DNA from: an uncultured Actinomycetes bacterium
Lineage (GTDB): Bacteria; Actinomycetota; UBA4738; HRBIN12
Length of the DNA stretch: 64,000 nucleotides
Direction: 5' to 3'
NCBI GenBank assembly: GCA_963704885.1
Contig: CAVPIB010000004.1
Coordinates: 1,072,793-1,136,792 of the forward strand
Part shown: positions 50,076 through 58,379 of the stretch, piece by piece
How the letters are laid out: each line of letters opens with the position of its first letter
Numbering within the stretch: position 1 is the stretch's first letter
Translations under genes and position numbers: made by a program
Notes under the pieces: model-generated
Told to the model about the DNA's origin: nothing
Seen by the model: only the letters and a program-made list of their open reading frames with translations
Database searches by the model: none

Positions 50076-50393
50076 TCAACAGTCGGTGACCGCTCGGAGC
50101 GCTTCGCAGACCTCGTGGGCGCGGCCGGGTCCGAGCGCACCCAGGCGTCTTGTGAACGCTGATTTCGGCACCGTCTCGATGTTGTCGAACGAGGCGACGC
50201 TTGACGCGGGCAGGCCTTCGTCGGCGCCGAGGACAACCTCTGTGGGGATGCCTCGGACCGTCCGGGTGATCGGTGCTGCGACGACGCGGCGGAGGACCGG
50301 GATCGCCTGATCGCGCGTCAGCACCAGATAGGGCCTCGGGGTCCTGTCGGGGATCTCAGTCCACCAGATCTCGCGGCGGGCTGGCTCAGGCAT
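50076..50393 (-). CDS. mazF: PemK/MazF-family toxin
   Basis: REIWW...RPYLVLTR, APITRTVRGIPTEV, SFDNIETV. Confidence 0.88.
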   Translation of the reverse strand: MPEPARREIWWTEIPDRTPRPYLVLTRDQAIPVLRRVVAAPITRTVRGIPTEVVLGADEGLPASSVASFDNIETVPKSAFTRRLGALGPGRAHEVCEALRAVTDC

Positions 50394-50631
50394 CGCTGGA
50401 GCCTGGTGCCGGGAATCCGCCGAGATCCTCGTCGAGGTCGTCGGATTGCGGCAGGAGTCTGTAGCCCTCGACGATGGCCTGCCCCACCTGCCTCCGACGC
50501 TCCTCGTCGACCAGATGCTCGATGCCGGCTCTGACCGCCTCAGCACGAGTCTCGAAGCGGCCGCCCTCTACGAGCTGGTCGATCTGATCGAGCAACGGGG
50601 CTGGCAGTCGAACAGCGATCTGAGGCGACAT
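50386..50631 (-). CDS. Ribbon-helix-helix antitoxin
   Basis: QIAVRLP..LLDQIDQLV..GRFETRAEAVR; TATGCT -10 6 nt upstream (leaderless). Confidence 0.85.
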   Translation of the reverse strand: MSPQIAVRLPAPLLDQIDQLVEGGRFETRAEAVRAGIEHLVDEERRRQVGQAIVEGYRLLPQSDDLDEDLGGFPAPGSSDA

Positions 50632-50698
50632 GCGTTCAGCATACCGACTTGGGACACGCACGGGACCCCCCGCGGGATCGAGGTAAAGGGGTCTTCAG

Positions 50699-50720
50699 AC
50701 CCTACCCTGCGGGTCCGACA
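50699..50720 (-). promoter_or_regulatory. RecA-NDp (PafBC-type) promoter
   Basis: TGTCGG-ACCCGCAGGG-TAGGGT facing RHH-MazF pair 1. Confidence 0.7.
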
Positions 50721-50724
50721 CGGA

Positions 50725-51072
50725 TCAGGCGTCGGCCGGTGGCGTGGGAGGCGGAGGCGTGGAGCCTCCCTTCGAGCGGATCGCCTCGGTGGCCTCGTTC
50801 ACCGTTGCGGTGATGGCATCCCCAAGCGCGCTGACGGCTTCGGTCAGATCCTTCTTCGCCTGGTCGTCCTTGAACGTCGCGCCCACCGCAGACACGCCCT
50901 TGGATAGCTCGTCGAACAGCTCCTTCATAGCGCGCTTCAGCTCGCGATCGGCCTCGTCGGCGTCGGTCCTACCCGTGGATCCCGCCTCGTGGTAGCGATC
51001 GGCGACCCCGCGTCCGAACGACGAAAACTTCTCGCCCACCTCGCCCCAAGCCTGCTTCGCACTCTCGGTCAT
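50725..51072 (-). CDS. Hypothetical helical protein
   Basis: AGGAGG RBS before ATG 51072; amphipathic helices, Pro-rich tail. Confidence 0.72.
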   Translation of the reverse strand: MTESAKQAWGEVGEKFSSFGRGVADRYHEAGSTGRTDADEADRELKRAMKELFDELSKGVSAVGATFKDDQAKKDLTEAVSALGDAITATVNEATEAIRSKGGSTPPPPTPPADA

Positions 51073-51149
51073 GTGGACCTCCTGATGCCGTGGCACCTCA
51101 ACCCTAGCGCGCGGATCCAACATCGATCCCAGAGCAGTCGGTTGCGATG

Positions 51150-51542
51150 CTAGCCGTTGTGAAGGACCAGATCGGGGGCGGCACGCTGGATGCGAACGAA
51201 GTCCGCGTCGCGCGTCCACAGCTCCGCTTCAGCGCGTAATGCTGCGACCGCGATCGCCACATCGAGCAGGGGGACGGAAGCTCCGAGCCGCCTGAGCGCG
51301 TGTCCAAGTTCTCCGATCTCGCGCCACGCCACCTGGTCCAGGTCGATCCAGGGGAGGCTCCCAACGGCCAGCCAAAGCTCATCCCGATCCTCGGGCATCG
51401 TCCCCACCAGCAGCTCTGCCATGATCGGACCGCATACGAGGACGGACTCCCCATCGAGGTAGCCATCCAACCCGTCAACCAGCGACACGTCTGACCCGTT
51501 CAGATAGTCCACCCAGATCGACGTGTCGGGGAGGATGTTCAC
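51150..51542 (-). CDS. vapC: PIN-domain toxin
   Basis: PDTSIWVDYL, AELLVG, LDVAIAVAA, LWTRDADF. Confidence 0.9.
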   Translation of the reverse strand: MNILPDTSIWVDYLNGSDVSLVDGLDGYLDGESVLVCGPIMAELLVGTMPEDRDELWLAVGSLPWIDLDQVAWREIGELGHALRRLGASVPLLDVAIAVAALRAEAELWTRDADFVRIQRAAPDLVLHNG

Positions 51543-51742
51543 GTCCGCCGATCCACGGATCGCAACTCGGCCGAGGCGTCCTCGATCTGGATCCGACCGC
51601 GGAGTGCCTTGGTCCGCGCCGCCGCATCCTTCGACAGGTACTCCGAGATCGCTCGCTCTACAGCCTCCCGCTTGGTCACTCCTGGATGTCTCGCCAGGAG
51701 TGCCCTGAGCAGGTCGTCGTCGATGTCCAAGGTCGTTCTCAT
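51539..51742 (-). CDS. vapB: VapB-type antitoxin
   Basis: MRTTLDIDDDLL...TKREAVERAI; stop overlaps vapC start. Confidence 0.88.
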   Translation of the reverse strand: MRTTLDIDDDLLRALLARHPGVTKREAVERAISEYLSKDAAARTKALRGRIQIEDASAELRSVDRRT

Positions 51743-51793
51743 GGCATCATGATGACATAGCAGCTCAGGCACGGTCCAGTCCTCCGAAACGGG

Positions 51794-51815
51794 ACCATGC
51801 TCCGCGGTACTGACA
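51794..51815 (-). promoter_or_regulatory. RecA-NDp-like promoter (variant -10)
   Basis: TGTCAG-TACCGCGGAG-CATGGT facing the vapBC pair. Confidence 0.45.
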
Positions 51816-51827
51816 GTCTGTGCTCCC

Positions 51828-51856
51828 TTGTCAGGCAGACGAGCTGTGGCTACGGT
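51828..51856 (+). promoter_or_regulatory. Sigma70-type promoter
   Basis: TTGTCA-N17-TACGGT upstream of the beta-propeller lipoprotein. Confidence 0.55.
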
Positions 51857-51887
51857 CGAACGCGATGCGTGGACGCGGTTGCCTCCG

Positions 51888-53138
51888 GTGAGGGCTGGTC
51901 CCCGCTCCCTCGCGTTGGTCGCGGCCTCCCTACTCCTCGCCGCCGGGTGTACCGGAGGGCTCTGGGAAACCCCGCCGGAACCAGGCACGGAACAGCCGTC
52001 GGAACGCCCCTCCCCCTCCACCCAGCCAGCGGGCGTGCCCGGCGCGACCGGTCGGATCGCAGCGCTGGACGAGGACGGGAACCTCATCGCGTTCGATCCC
52101 GACGGATCGGATCCGGTCCTACTCGACGGATCCGTGCCGGGTGAGACCCTCGTTAGGCAGCCCACGTGGTCGCCCGACGGCGGGCGCGTCGCTTGGGTCC
52201 GGCTCGCCGCCGAAGGGACGTCCGCCGAGGTCGCGACGGCAGCGGCGGACGGGACGCGGCCGACCGAGACCCCCGTCGCCGCCGCACCCTTCTACCTCTC
52301 GTGGGATCCGACGTCCTCCCGGGTCGCCTACCTCGGTGGCTCGGCGAAGGCCGACATCGAGCTCGGCATCGTGGACGTGGAGACCGGCAGCGAGGCGGTC
52401 CCCATCGACGCCGGCAGCCCCTTCTACTTCTCTTGGAACCCGTCGGGGCAGCAGATGCTGGTGCACGTGGGTACGGATCGACTCGACCGGTTGGCGATCG
52501 ACGGCACGCTCACCACCGTCGACGATCGGCCGGGGATATTCAACGTCCCGGTGTGGACCTCGAACGGACGGACCTTCGTCTACGCAACGCAGACCGCAAC
52601 CGGGCAGCGGTTGGTCGCGTACGACCCCGACGCGGGTCGGGGTGAGGCCCTGGTGCGGTTCGACGGCGCCATCACGTTCGTGGTGAGTCCCGACGGGAGA
52701 CGCGTCGCCTTCCAGGTGACCCAGGATGGGAACCTGGTGGTTCCGCTATCGGTGCTCGATCGTCGGACCGGCGCGATCGAACGCGTGGGGACCCAGGGCG
52801 CCGTGGCCTTCTTCTGGAGCCCCTCGGGCAACAAGCTCCTGTCCCTGCTCCCGGAGCGGGACCCGGATCGCTTCCTGTTCCGCTGGGGCGTCTGGGAGGA
52901 CGGGTCGTCGTTCACAACCGATCGCTTCGTGCCGAGCGTCGAGTTCAGCCGCGAGTACCTCCAGTTCTTCGAGCAATACGCGCAGAGCATGAGCCTGTGG
53001 TCCCCCGATAGCAGTGCGTTCGTGTACGCCGGATCGAGCGAGTCGGGCGAGACGGGCGTCTGGATCCAGCCGGCCACCACGGGCACCGCGCCCGTCCTGG
53101 TGGCCGACGGAGTGTTCGCGACATGGTCGCCGGCATGA
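51888..53138 (+). CDS. TolB-like beta-propeller lipoprotein
   Basis: LAAGC lipobox; repeated WSPDG/WDPTS/WNPSG/SPDG/WSPSG motifs. Confidence 0.85.
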   Translation: MRAGPRSLALVAASLLLAAGCTGGLWETPPEPGTEQPSERPSPSTQPAGVPGATGRIAALDEDGNLIAFDPDGSDPVLLDGSVPGETLVRQPTWSPDGGRVAWVRLAAEGTSAEVATAAADGTRPTETPVAAAPFYLSWDPTSSRVAYLGGSAKADIELGIVDVETGSEAVPIDAGSPFYFSWNPSGQQMLVHVGTDRLDRLAIDGTLTTVDDRPGIFNVPVWTSNGRTFVYATQTATGQRLVAYDPDAGRGEALVRFDGAITFVVSPDGRRVAFQVTQDGNLVVPLSVLDRRTGAIERVGTQGAVAFFWSPSGNKLLSLLPERDPDRFLFRWGVWEDGSSFTTDRFVPSVEFSREYLQFFEQYAQSMSLWSPDSSAFVYAGSSESGETGVWIQPATTGTAPVLVADGVFATWSPA

Positions 53139-53170
53139 CACGAGCGGACGACCCGCGGCCGGTACGCGCC

Positions 53171-53671
53171 CTAGCCGCGCTCGGTCTGTTCGAGGATCCG
53201 TCTGAGCACCGGGAGGACGAGCCGGTCCTTCTCGCGGCCGGCGGCCTCCTTCGAACGGATCACGTCGGCGAGCGACGCCACATCCACCTCGGCACCGAGG
53301 ATCGTCAGGTGAACGGCGTCTCGCGATACGTCGGCGTAACCTGCGGTCCCGCTCGGCTCGAACGTGATGTCGAGCCGTCCGTGATCGGTGACGAGGTTCC
53401 ATGTGCGTGCGGCGGCGAGCGACGCCGCGTCGTGATCGAACGCGAGCCCAGCCGGTTCCGCGTCGGTCCACACCTTGGCGCGAAGCTCGTCGAGCGCCGC
53501 TGAGAGCCGTCGGAGGTTGTCGACGGCAGGATCGGGCACCACGTCGACGTCGGTCGTGAGGTACGGCGAGCCATGGATCACCCCGGCGAACCCGCCGATC
53601 AAGACGTAGCGCACGCCGTAGCGCGCCAGGACCTGGAGCAGCTTCTCGGGGCGGAACTCATCCTCGGACAT
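53171..53671 (-). CDS. Nucleotidyltransferase-fold protein (putative toxin)
   Basis: LIGGFA..HG...TTDVD, GRLD, LADVIRSKEAAGREKD. Confidence 0.8.
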   Translation of the reverse strand: MSEDEFRPEKLLQVLARYGVRYVLIGGFAGVIHGSPYLTTDVDVVPDPAVDNLRRLSAALDELRAKVWTDAEPAGLAFDHDAASLAAARTWNLVTDHGRLDITFEPSGTAGYADVSRDAVHLTILGAEVDVASLADVIRSKEAAGREKDRLVLPVLRRILEQTERG

Positions 53672-53981
53672 CGGCCATAGCCTCACGCCCGGCTCGTGCG
53701 AACCGGAGCGCTGCCTGATGGCGGCGGACACGATCGTCGGGTCCGACCGTCAGGTTCGTGGACGCCACGGACCAGTCGGAGTCGTCGGCCCCGAGCAACT
53801 GCGGCACCAGCTCCATCCCGCATGCGCGCACGGCCTCGTCGACCCGCCTGTACGACGGCTCGGTGCCGCCACGTTCCAAGCGAGCGATCGCGGACTGCGT
53901 CGTGCCCAGGCGCTCGGCCAGCTCGACCTGGGTGAGCCCGGCACGGCGGCGGGCCTCCCTGATGAGGTCTCCGGCTTTCAT
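53658..53981 (-). CDS. XRE-family HTH protein (putative antitoxin)
   Basis: REARRRAGLTQVELAERLGTTQSAIARLERG; TATATT -10 6 nt upstream; palindrome ATAGC-N6-GCTAT at 53991-54006. Confidence 0.88.
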   Translation of the reverse strand: MKAGDLIREARRRAGLTQVELAERLGTTQSAIARLERGGTEPSYRRVDEAVRACGMELVPQLLGADDSDWSVASTNLTVGPDDRVRRHQAALRFARAGREAMADVRG

Positions 53982-54095
53982 GGTTGTAATATAGCAGATA
54001 CGCTATGACAGGTGGTCAGGAGTCGGCGCTGGAGTGATCCAGAACGCTGCATCACCGAATTGCAGAGATACGGTCATGTCTGTAACCTGTGATAC

Positions 54096-54359
54096 ATGAG
54101 TGATGACGTGGCGCAGCTCTCGAGCCGAGGGACCGTGACCCTGCCCGCCGGCCTCCGGCGGGAACTCGGTCTGTCGGAGGGCGACGTGCTCACCGTGCGG
54201 ATCGTGAACGGCGCGATCGTGCTGACCCCCGCCGTCCTCACCGAGGTGGAGGCCTACACGGACGAGCGGATCCGGGAGTTCGAGGACTCCGCGAAGATGA
54301 ACGAGGACGAGCTCCGGGCGGCGCGCCGTGCGTGGCGCGTCACGCACCCGAGCACGTGA
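54096..54359 (+). CDS. AbrB/MazE-type antitoxin
   Basis: SSRGTVTLPAGLRRELGLSEGD...IVLTP. Confidence 0.9.
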   Translation: MSDDVAQLSSRGTVTLPAGLRRELGLSEGDVLTVRIVNGAIVLTPAVLTEVEAYTDERIREFEDSAKMNEDELRAARRAWRVTHPST

Positions 54360-54790
54360 CGGCTGCGCCCCTCGTCTTCCTGGACGCGAACGTACTGTTC
54401 TCGGCGGCCGTCGGCGGCGAGGCGTTCGGTCTGCTGTTCGAGCTCGCGCGTCGGGACAAGGTCCGGTTCGTGACCAGTCGCGTGTGCGAGCTGGAAGCCC
54501 GGAGGAACCTCGAGCGGAAGCGCCCCGAACGGGCGCAGGCCCTCACCAGCATCCTTCGCGCCGCTCCCCCCGCGGACGTGGACCCATCCGAACACCTCGC
54601 CTGGGCGCGGGCTCTGGTGGGCGATGCCGACGCCCACGTCCTGGCCGCGGCGCGGAGCCTCGCTTGCGTCGCGCTCGTGACAGGCGACCTGACGCACTTC
54701 GGTCCCCTGATGGAACGAGGGGATCTGCCGCTCACGATCCGAACGCCGCGCGCGTTCCTGATGGAAGGACCGCCGGGGTCGGCCAGCTGA
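54356..54790 (+). CDS. vapC: PIN-domain toxin
   Basis: FLDANVLFSA, EARRNL, DAHVLAAA, LVTGD..HF; GTG 54356 overlaps antitoxin stop. Confidence 0.88.
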   Translation: MTAAPLVFLDANVLFSAAVGGEAFGLLFELARRDKVRFVTSRVCELEARRNLERKRPERAQALTSILRAAPPADVDPSEHLAWARALVGDADAHVLAAARSLACVALVTGDLTHFGPLMERGDLPLTIRTPRAFLMEGPPGSAS

Positions 54791-54857
54791 CGTCGGGAGC
54801 GGCCGAACGGGCCCGAGTGCTAACGTCCCGTGCATGGACGGAGCGGTGCCCGCCCGT

Positions 54858-55088
54858 ATGGAGGAAGGGGTGGCCCGGACCTACCGGGCCGACCGGATCG
54901 AGGTCACGTGGGCTCCCCGGCTCTGCATCCACGCGGGCGAGTGTTTCGGCAACGCGCCTGAGGTCTTCGATCCGCGCGCTCGCCCGTGGGTCCGGCCCGA
55001 GGCCGCGCATCCCGACCTGATCGAGGAGACGGTTCTGCTCTGCCCGAGCGGCGCCCTGGGGTTCCGCCGCCTCGACGGCTCAGGTTAG
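54858..55088 (+). CDS. Divergent 4Fe-4S mono-cluster protein (YjdI-like)
   Basis: CIHAGEC...PEVFDPRARPWV...CPSGAL. Confidence 0.85.
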   Translation: MEEGVARTYRADRIEVTWAPRLCIHAGECFGNAPEVFDPRARPWVRPEAAHPDLIEETVLLCPSGALGFRRLDGSG

Positions 55089-55405
55089 GCGCGGATACCG
55101 AGCGCGTACCGGAGGGCCCCGTCGAGCGAGACCAGCTCGAGCGGCGTGAGGCGGCCGATCGGCCGGGTGCCGAGCAGCGCCTTCGGGATGGTCTGGAGAG
55201 TGTCGCAGTTCGCGACCGACGCGGCGCGCAACCCGTGGGGACGGCCGAGCGGCAACTCGCTCGGGATGCGCCGGATGGTCCTGGTCACCGGGGCGACCGT
55301 GATCGTCGTACGCACGCCGAGGACGGCTGAACGCGTCACCACGACGACGGGCCGGCGACCGACGGGTTGGGGGAGCCGCGCCCAGTAGACCTCACCCCGG
55401 CGCAC
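55085..55405 (-). CDS. mazF: PemK/MazF-family toxin
   Basis: RGEVYW...GRRPVVVVTR, APVTRTIR, ANCDTLQTIPK. Confidence 0.9.
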   Translation of the reverse strand: MRRGEVYWARLPQPVGRRPVVVVTRSAVLGVRTTITVAPVTRTIRRIPSELPLGRPHGLRAASVANCDTLQTIPKALLGTRPIGRLTPLELVSLDGALRYALGIRA

Positions 55406-55408
55406 GGC

Positions 55409-55648
55409 TCAGGCGTCCGGCCAGGCAGCGACCCGCGCGAACGCCTCGACCTCTGCGGGGTCCTCCGGTACCTCTAGATACGCGCGGATCGTGCGCGCGT
55501 CCCATGCAGCCTCGCGCCCGGCGTCGAGATAAGCACCCAGGGCCTCACGGATCAGCTCGCTGCGGTTCCGCTCGAGCGCATCGGCTGCGGAATCGAGTCG
55601 CGCGATCAGCTCGTCATCGAGCTGCACCAGGACCTGCCGCCGGGCCAT
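55409..55648 (-). CDS. Ribbon-helix-helix (CopG-like) antitoxin
   Basis: QVLVQLDDELIARLD...NRSELIREAL. Confidence 0.88.
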   Translation of the reverse strand: MARRQVLVQLDDELIARLDSAADALERNRSELIREALGAYLDAGREAAWDARTIRAYLEVPEDPAEVEAFARVAAWPDA

Positions 55649-55660
55649 CGGGAGAACCCT

Positions 55661-55682
55661 ACCATATGAGATAACATATGGT
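55661..55682. promoter_or_regulatory. Palindromic operator of RHH-MazF pair 2
   Basis: ACCATATG-AGATAA-CATATGGT adjoining minus-strand -10 TAGGGT (55656-55661). Confidence 0.72.
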
Positions 55683-55792
55683 CGGCCCAGCCGCCGTGAT
55701 CATCGTCACGCTGGCGGCTCGTCCAGCGACCGTGTGGCGGTGTCGGTAGCGAAGGAAGCGCTCTGCGGGATCCGCTGACCTGCCACGCGTGC

Positions 55793-55814
55793 ACGTTAGC
55801 GGGAACCACTGACA
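55793..55814 (-). promoter_or_regulatory. RecA-NDp (PafBC-type) promoter
   Basis: TGTCAGTG-GTTCCCGC-TAACGT, matching tTGTCRgtg-N8-TAnnnT. Confidence 0.72.
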
Positions 55815-55827
55815 GACCGGGTCGGGG

Positions 55828-56538
55828 TCAGGTCTCGCACCCGATGCCGGTGTGGTCGCCGTCGAAGTTGTGGGGGTCGGGCGGCAGGACCTGGAAGTGC
55901 CGGAACGAGATGTCCGCGCAATCCAGATCGGGCGGCGGAGGAGGGATGCACACGCCCGGATACGCGGGATCGCACCGATGTCCGCCGCCGCCCACACCCG
56001 GGCACGCGCCCCACAGCCCACGATCGTGCTCGCGCGCGACCCGCTGCGCGGCGGTGAACACGTCCACGTAACGGACGTTCGGCGGGTACGTGTCGACCAC
56101 GGCGTAACCGCCCGCCACCAGCCGCCGGTTGAACAGGTGCCCTCGCAACCAGACGTAGGCGAGCGTCCGCCCGTACCGGTCGAGCCGCTCCACGTCGAAC
56201 TCCAGCCGCACGGTGCGACCGGTGAGCGCACGCTCGGTGAAGCGCGACGCCTGCTCGCCGTAGCACTGGACGGGCTGCGAGGGGTCGACGGTCTCGGGCG
56301 TGTCGATGCCGATCAGCCGCACGTCCAGGTCGTTCCCACGGAACGTCACATGGATCGTGTCCCCGTCGACGGTCCGGGTGACGACCGCCGGTTCGCCCGG
56401 CGTGCGGAGGCCACCACTACCGTCGGAGGCCGCGGAGGACTCAGGCGCCGTGGGCGTGCCCGCCGGTCCCGACCGCCCAGACGAGCACCCCGCCAACAAC
56501 AGGACCAGTGCGACGACCAACGACCGTCGGGCGTTCAT
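55828..56538 (-). CDS. Thermonuclease (SNase) lipoprotein with Cys-rich Excalibur-like tail
   Basis: LAGC lipobox; VDGDTI, VRLIGIDTPE, DRYGRTLAYV, GLWG; tail CDPAYPGVCIP..DLDC...FDGDHTGIGCE. Confidence 0.92.
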   Translation of the reverse strand: MNARRSLVVALVLLLAGCSSGRSGPAGTPTAPESSAASDGSGGLRTPGEPAVVTRTVDGDTIHVTFRGNDLDVRLIGIDTPETVDPSQPVQCYGEQASRFTERALTGRTVRLEFDVERLDRYGRTLAYVWLRGHLFNRRLVAGGYAVVDTYPPNVRYVDVFTAAQRVAREHDRGLWGACPGVGGGGHRCDPAYPGVCIPPPPPDLDCADISFRHFQVLPPDPHNFDGDHTGIGCET

Positions 56539-56677
56539 GCCGGCGCAGGTGCCTCCGTCGGCGCCTCCGTCGGCTCCTGGCCGGCTCCTGGGCCGGCTCC
56601 TCCACGGGCAGCGTCTCGGGCACGGGGACATCGACCGGCTCGATCTCGCGGACGCGCTTGGGCTTACCGATGTTCAT
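56535..56677 (-). CDS. Small acidic Pro/Glu-rich peptide (~47 aa; probable one-base deletion near 56580)
   Basis: AAGGAGG RBS; MNIGKPKRVREIEPVDVPVPETLPVEEPAQEPA; restoring one C gives QEPTEAPTEAPAPA* with TGA overlapping the thermonuclease ATG. Confidence 0.65.
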
Positions 56678-57602
56678 GAGGTGCTCCTCCTTCTTCTACG
56701 GGGATCGACCACGGGTTCGCCGCATGCGCCCAACGATGGACGGACGACGTGTCTCGGTACGGGAGATCGTCACTCGGAGGAACGACGATCGGCGTCACTG
56801 CGACCGGTGACGCTACGGCGACGGACGGCGTCGCAGCGTCGGCCGGGCCGAACCCGAGCGCCTTCGTGACCAGGCTGAACGCGCCAACGACGAGCGCCAG
56901 GGCGAGGAGGATGAGCCCCGAGTAGGCCCAGATGAGGAACAACCCGCCGACGACCACCTTCACGAGTGACCAGACGCCGAGCGCCACCATCCTCAGGAGC
57001 TCCGCCGGATCCGACCTCATCGGTGCCGGACCGGTACGCATGCTGCGGTCGATCCGCTCGATGGGCATCAGGTCGACGCCGTAGGTGGAGAGCAGCTCCG
57101 ACTGCACCTGGTCGGCAGGCCACGAGGACCCCGCGATGCCACCTCTGTGCCGCGCGCAGACGGCCGTAAACGCACCCCCGCTGTCGATAACGCTCGTCGG
57201 ATCGACCGCGCCCTCGGCCATGTACAGGCACTGACCGCATACCAGCCGCAGGCGCGCCGGATAAGCCAACCGCGACCGGGCGCCGCGTTGGTGCTCCACG
57301 ACGGTTCCCCACATCGCGATCGCGCCGACCACGCACGTGCCAACGCCGAGGATGCCCGAGCGCGCCAGGTCCTTGGGCGTCGCTGCCGCGTAGAGCCCGC
57401 ACATGCATCCCCGGCTCGGGACCGTGCTCTCGTGGTGCAACGCACATGTCGCCTTCATGGCCTCCCCCGGAGGCCAGCCGTCGGGCCTGGTCAGCGAGAG
57501 GAGCGTGAGTACGCCGCCGATCCGCTGCAGACGCCAGGCGCGCCAGCCGAGCACCGGCTCCAGCGAGAGCGGTGGATCGGCGGGCTGGGGGGAAGTCGCC
57601 AT
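56664..57602 (-). CDS. Uncharacterised Cys/His-rich protein with C-terminal membrane segment
   Basis: GAGG RBS; GWRAW, C..HH..P..CMCGLYA, VVGAIAMWGTVVEHQRGARS, CGQC, CARH, then a long hydrophobic stretch. Confidence 0.75.
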   Translation of the reverse strand: MATSPQPADPPLSLEPVLGWRAWRLQRIGGVLTLLSLTRPDGWPPGEAMKATCALHHESTVPSRGCMCGLYAAATPKDLARSGILGVGTCVVGAIAMWGTVVEHQRGARSRLAYPARLRLVCGQCLYMAEGAVDPTSVIDSGGAFTAVCARHRGGIAGSSWPADQVQSELLSTYGVDLMPIERIDRSMRTGPAPMRSDPAELLRMVALGVWSLVKVVVGGLFLIWAYSGLILLALALVVGAFSLVTKALGFGPADAATPSVAVASPVAVTPIVVPPSDDLPYRDTSSVHRWAHAANPWSIPVEEGGAPHEHR

Positions 57603-57622
57603 GGGTACCTCTTCGGCGGGGG

Positions 57623-58379
57623 TCAGGGGAAGCGCACGAGCGCGGCTCCGTAGCGAGCGGACGGCAGGTCGGCGCCCGCACGCGTCAGGTACGCCTGCCA
57701 GAAGCGCTCGATCGTGAGGAAGCGGTCGGCGGGCAGTGACGAGCTCGCGAGCGCCCCCGCGCCAACCACGTAGACCGACACGCCCAGCAGGTTCGGGAAT
57801 CAGGCCCTCGGCAGCGAGCGTGTCGAGGGTCGGCCCGATCGCGGCGTCGTCGAAGTGCGCTCGCGCCACGTTCAGCCGGGGCGAGCGCTCGACCATGTCG
57901 GACAGGAGCACCAGGGAGCGAGCGCCCGCCTCCGGGTAGGAGTCGAACACGCGCTCGGCGAGCCCGAGCCCGTTGTGGATGTCGGTCCCGGATGCGGTCG
58001 GTTCCTGCGCCAGGATCGCGCGCGCCTGGGCGTCAACACGTTGACGCGTCCGCGTGATCCCCGCGTCGCACACGAGCTTGTTGTCGGTGAACGCGTCGCA
58101 CGCAGCGAACGTCGCGTCGATCGGATACGTCGAGTGGGCGAGCGGGTCGTCGTCGATCACGTCGCCGACGATGGTGCCGTGCTCAGCGACCACATGGTCA
58201 AGGACACGCTCGAACGCAGCGAGGTAGCGCGCACGCACGGCCGGGTCGTTCGTGCTCCGGGACACGTCGAAGAGCACGACCACGAGCGGGCCGGGCTGCC
58301 CACTACCGGTCACCGCGCGTACGGCCGAGCACCCGGTCAGCGCCAACAGGCACAAGAGCACCGCCAAGGAGCGCCTCAT
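57623..58379 (-). CDS. Lipoprotein with VWA/MIDAS-like domain (extra base near 57796)
   Basis: LTGC lipobox; VVVLFDVSRS (DxSxS), GTDI, LVLLSDM; corrected frame ends IERFWQAYL...LVRFP*. Confidence 0.75.

Noticed and set aside
53986-54010. Possible sixth RecA-NDp motif (TGTCAT...TATATT)
   Set aside because: Spacing is one base too long and position 6 mismatches; better explained as the HTH operator and promoter.
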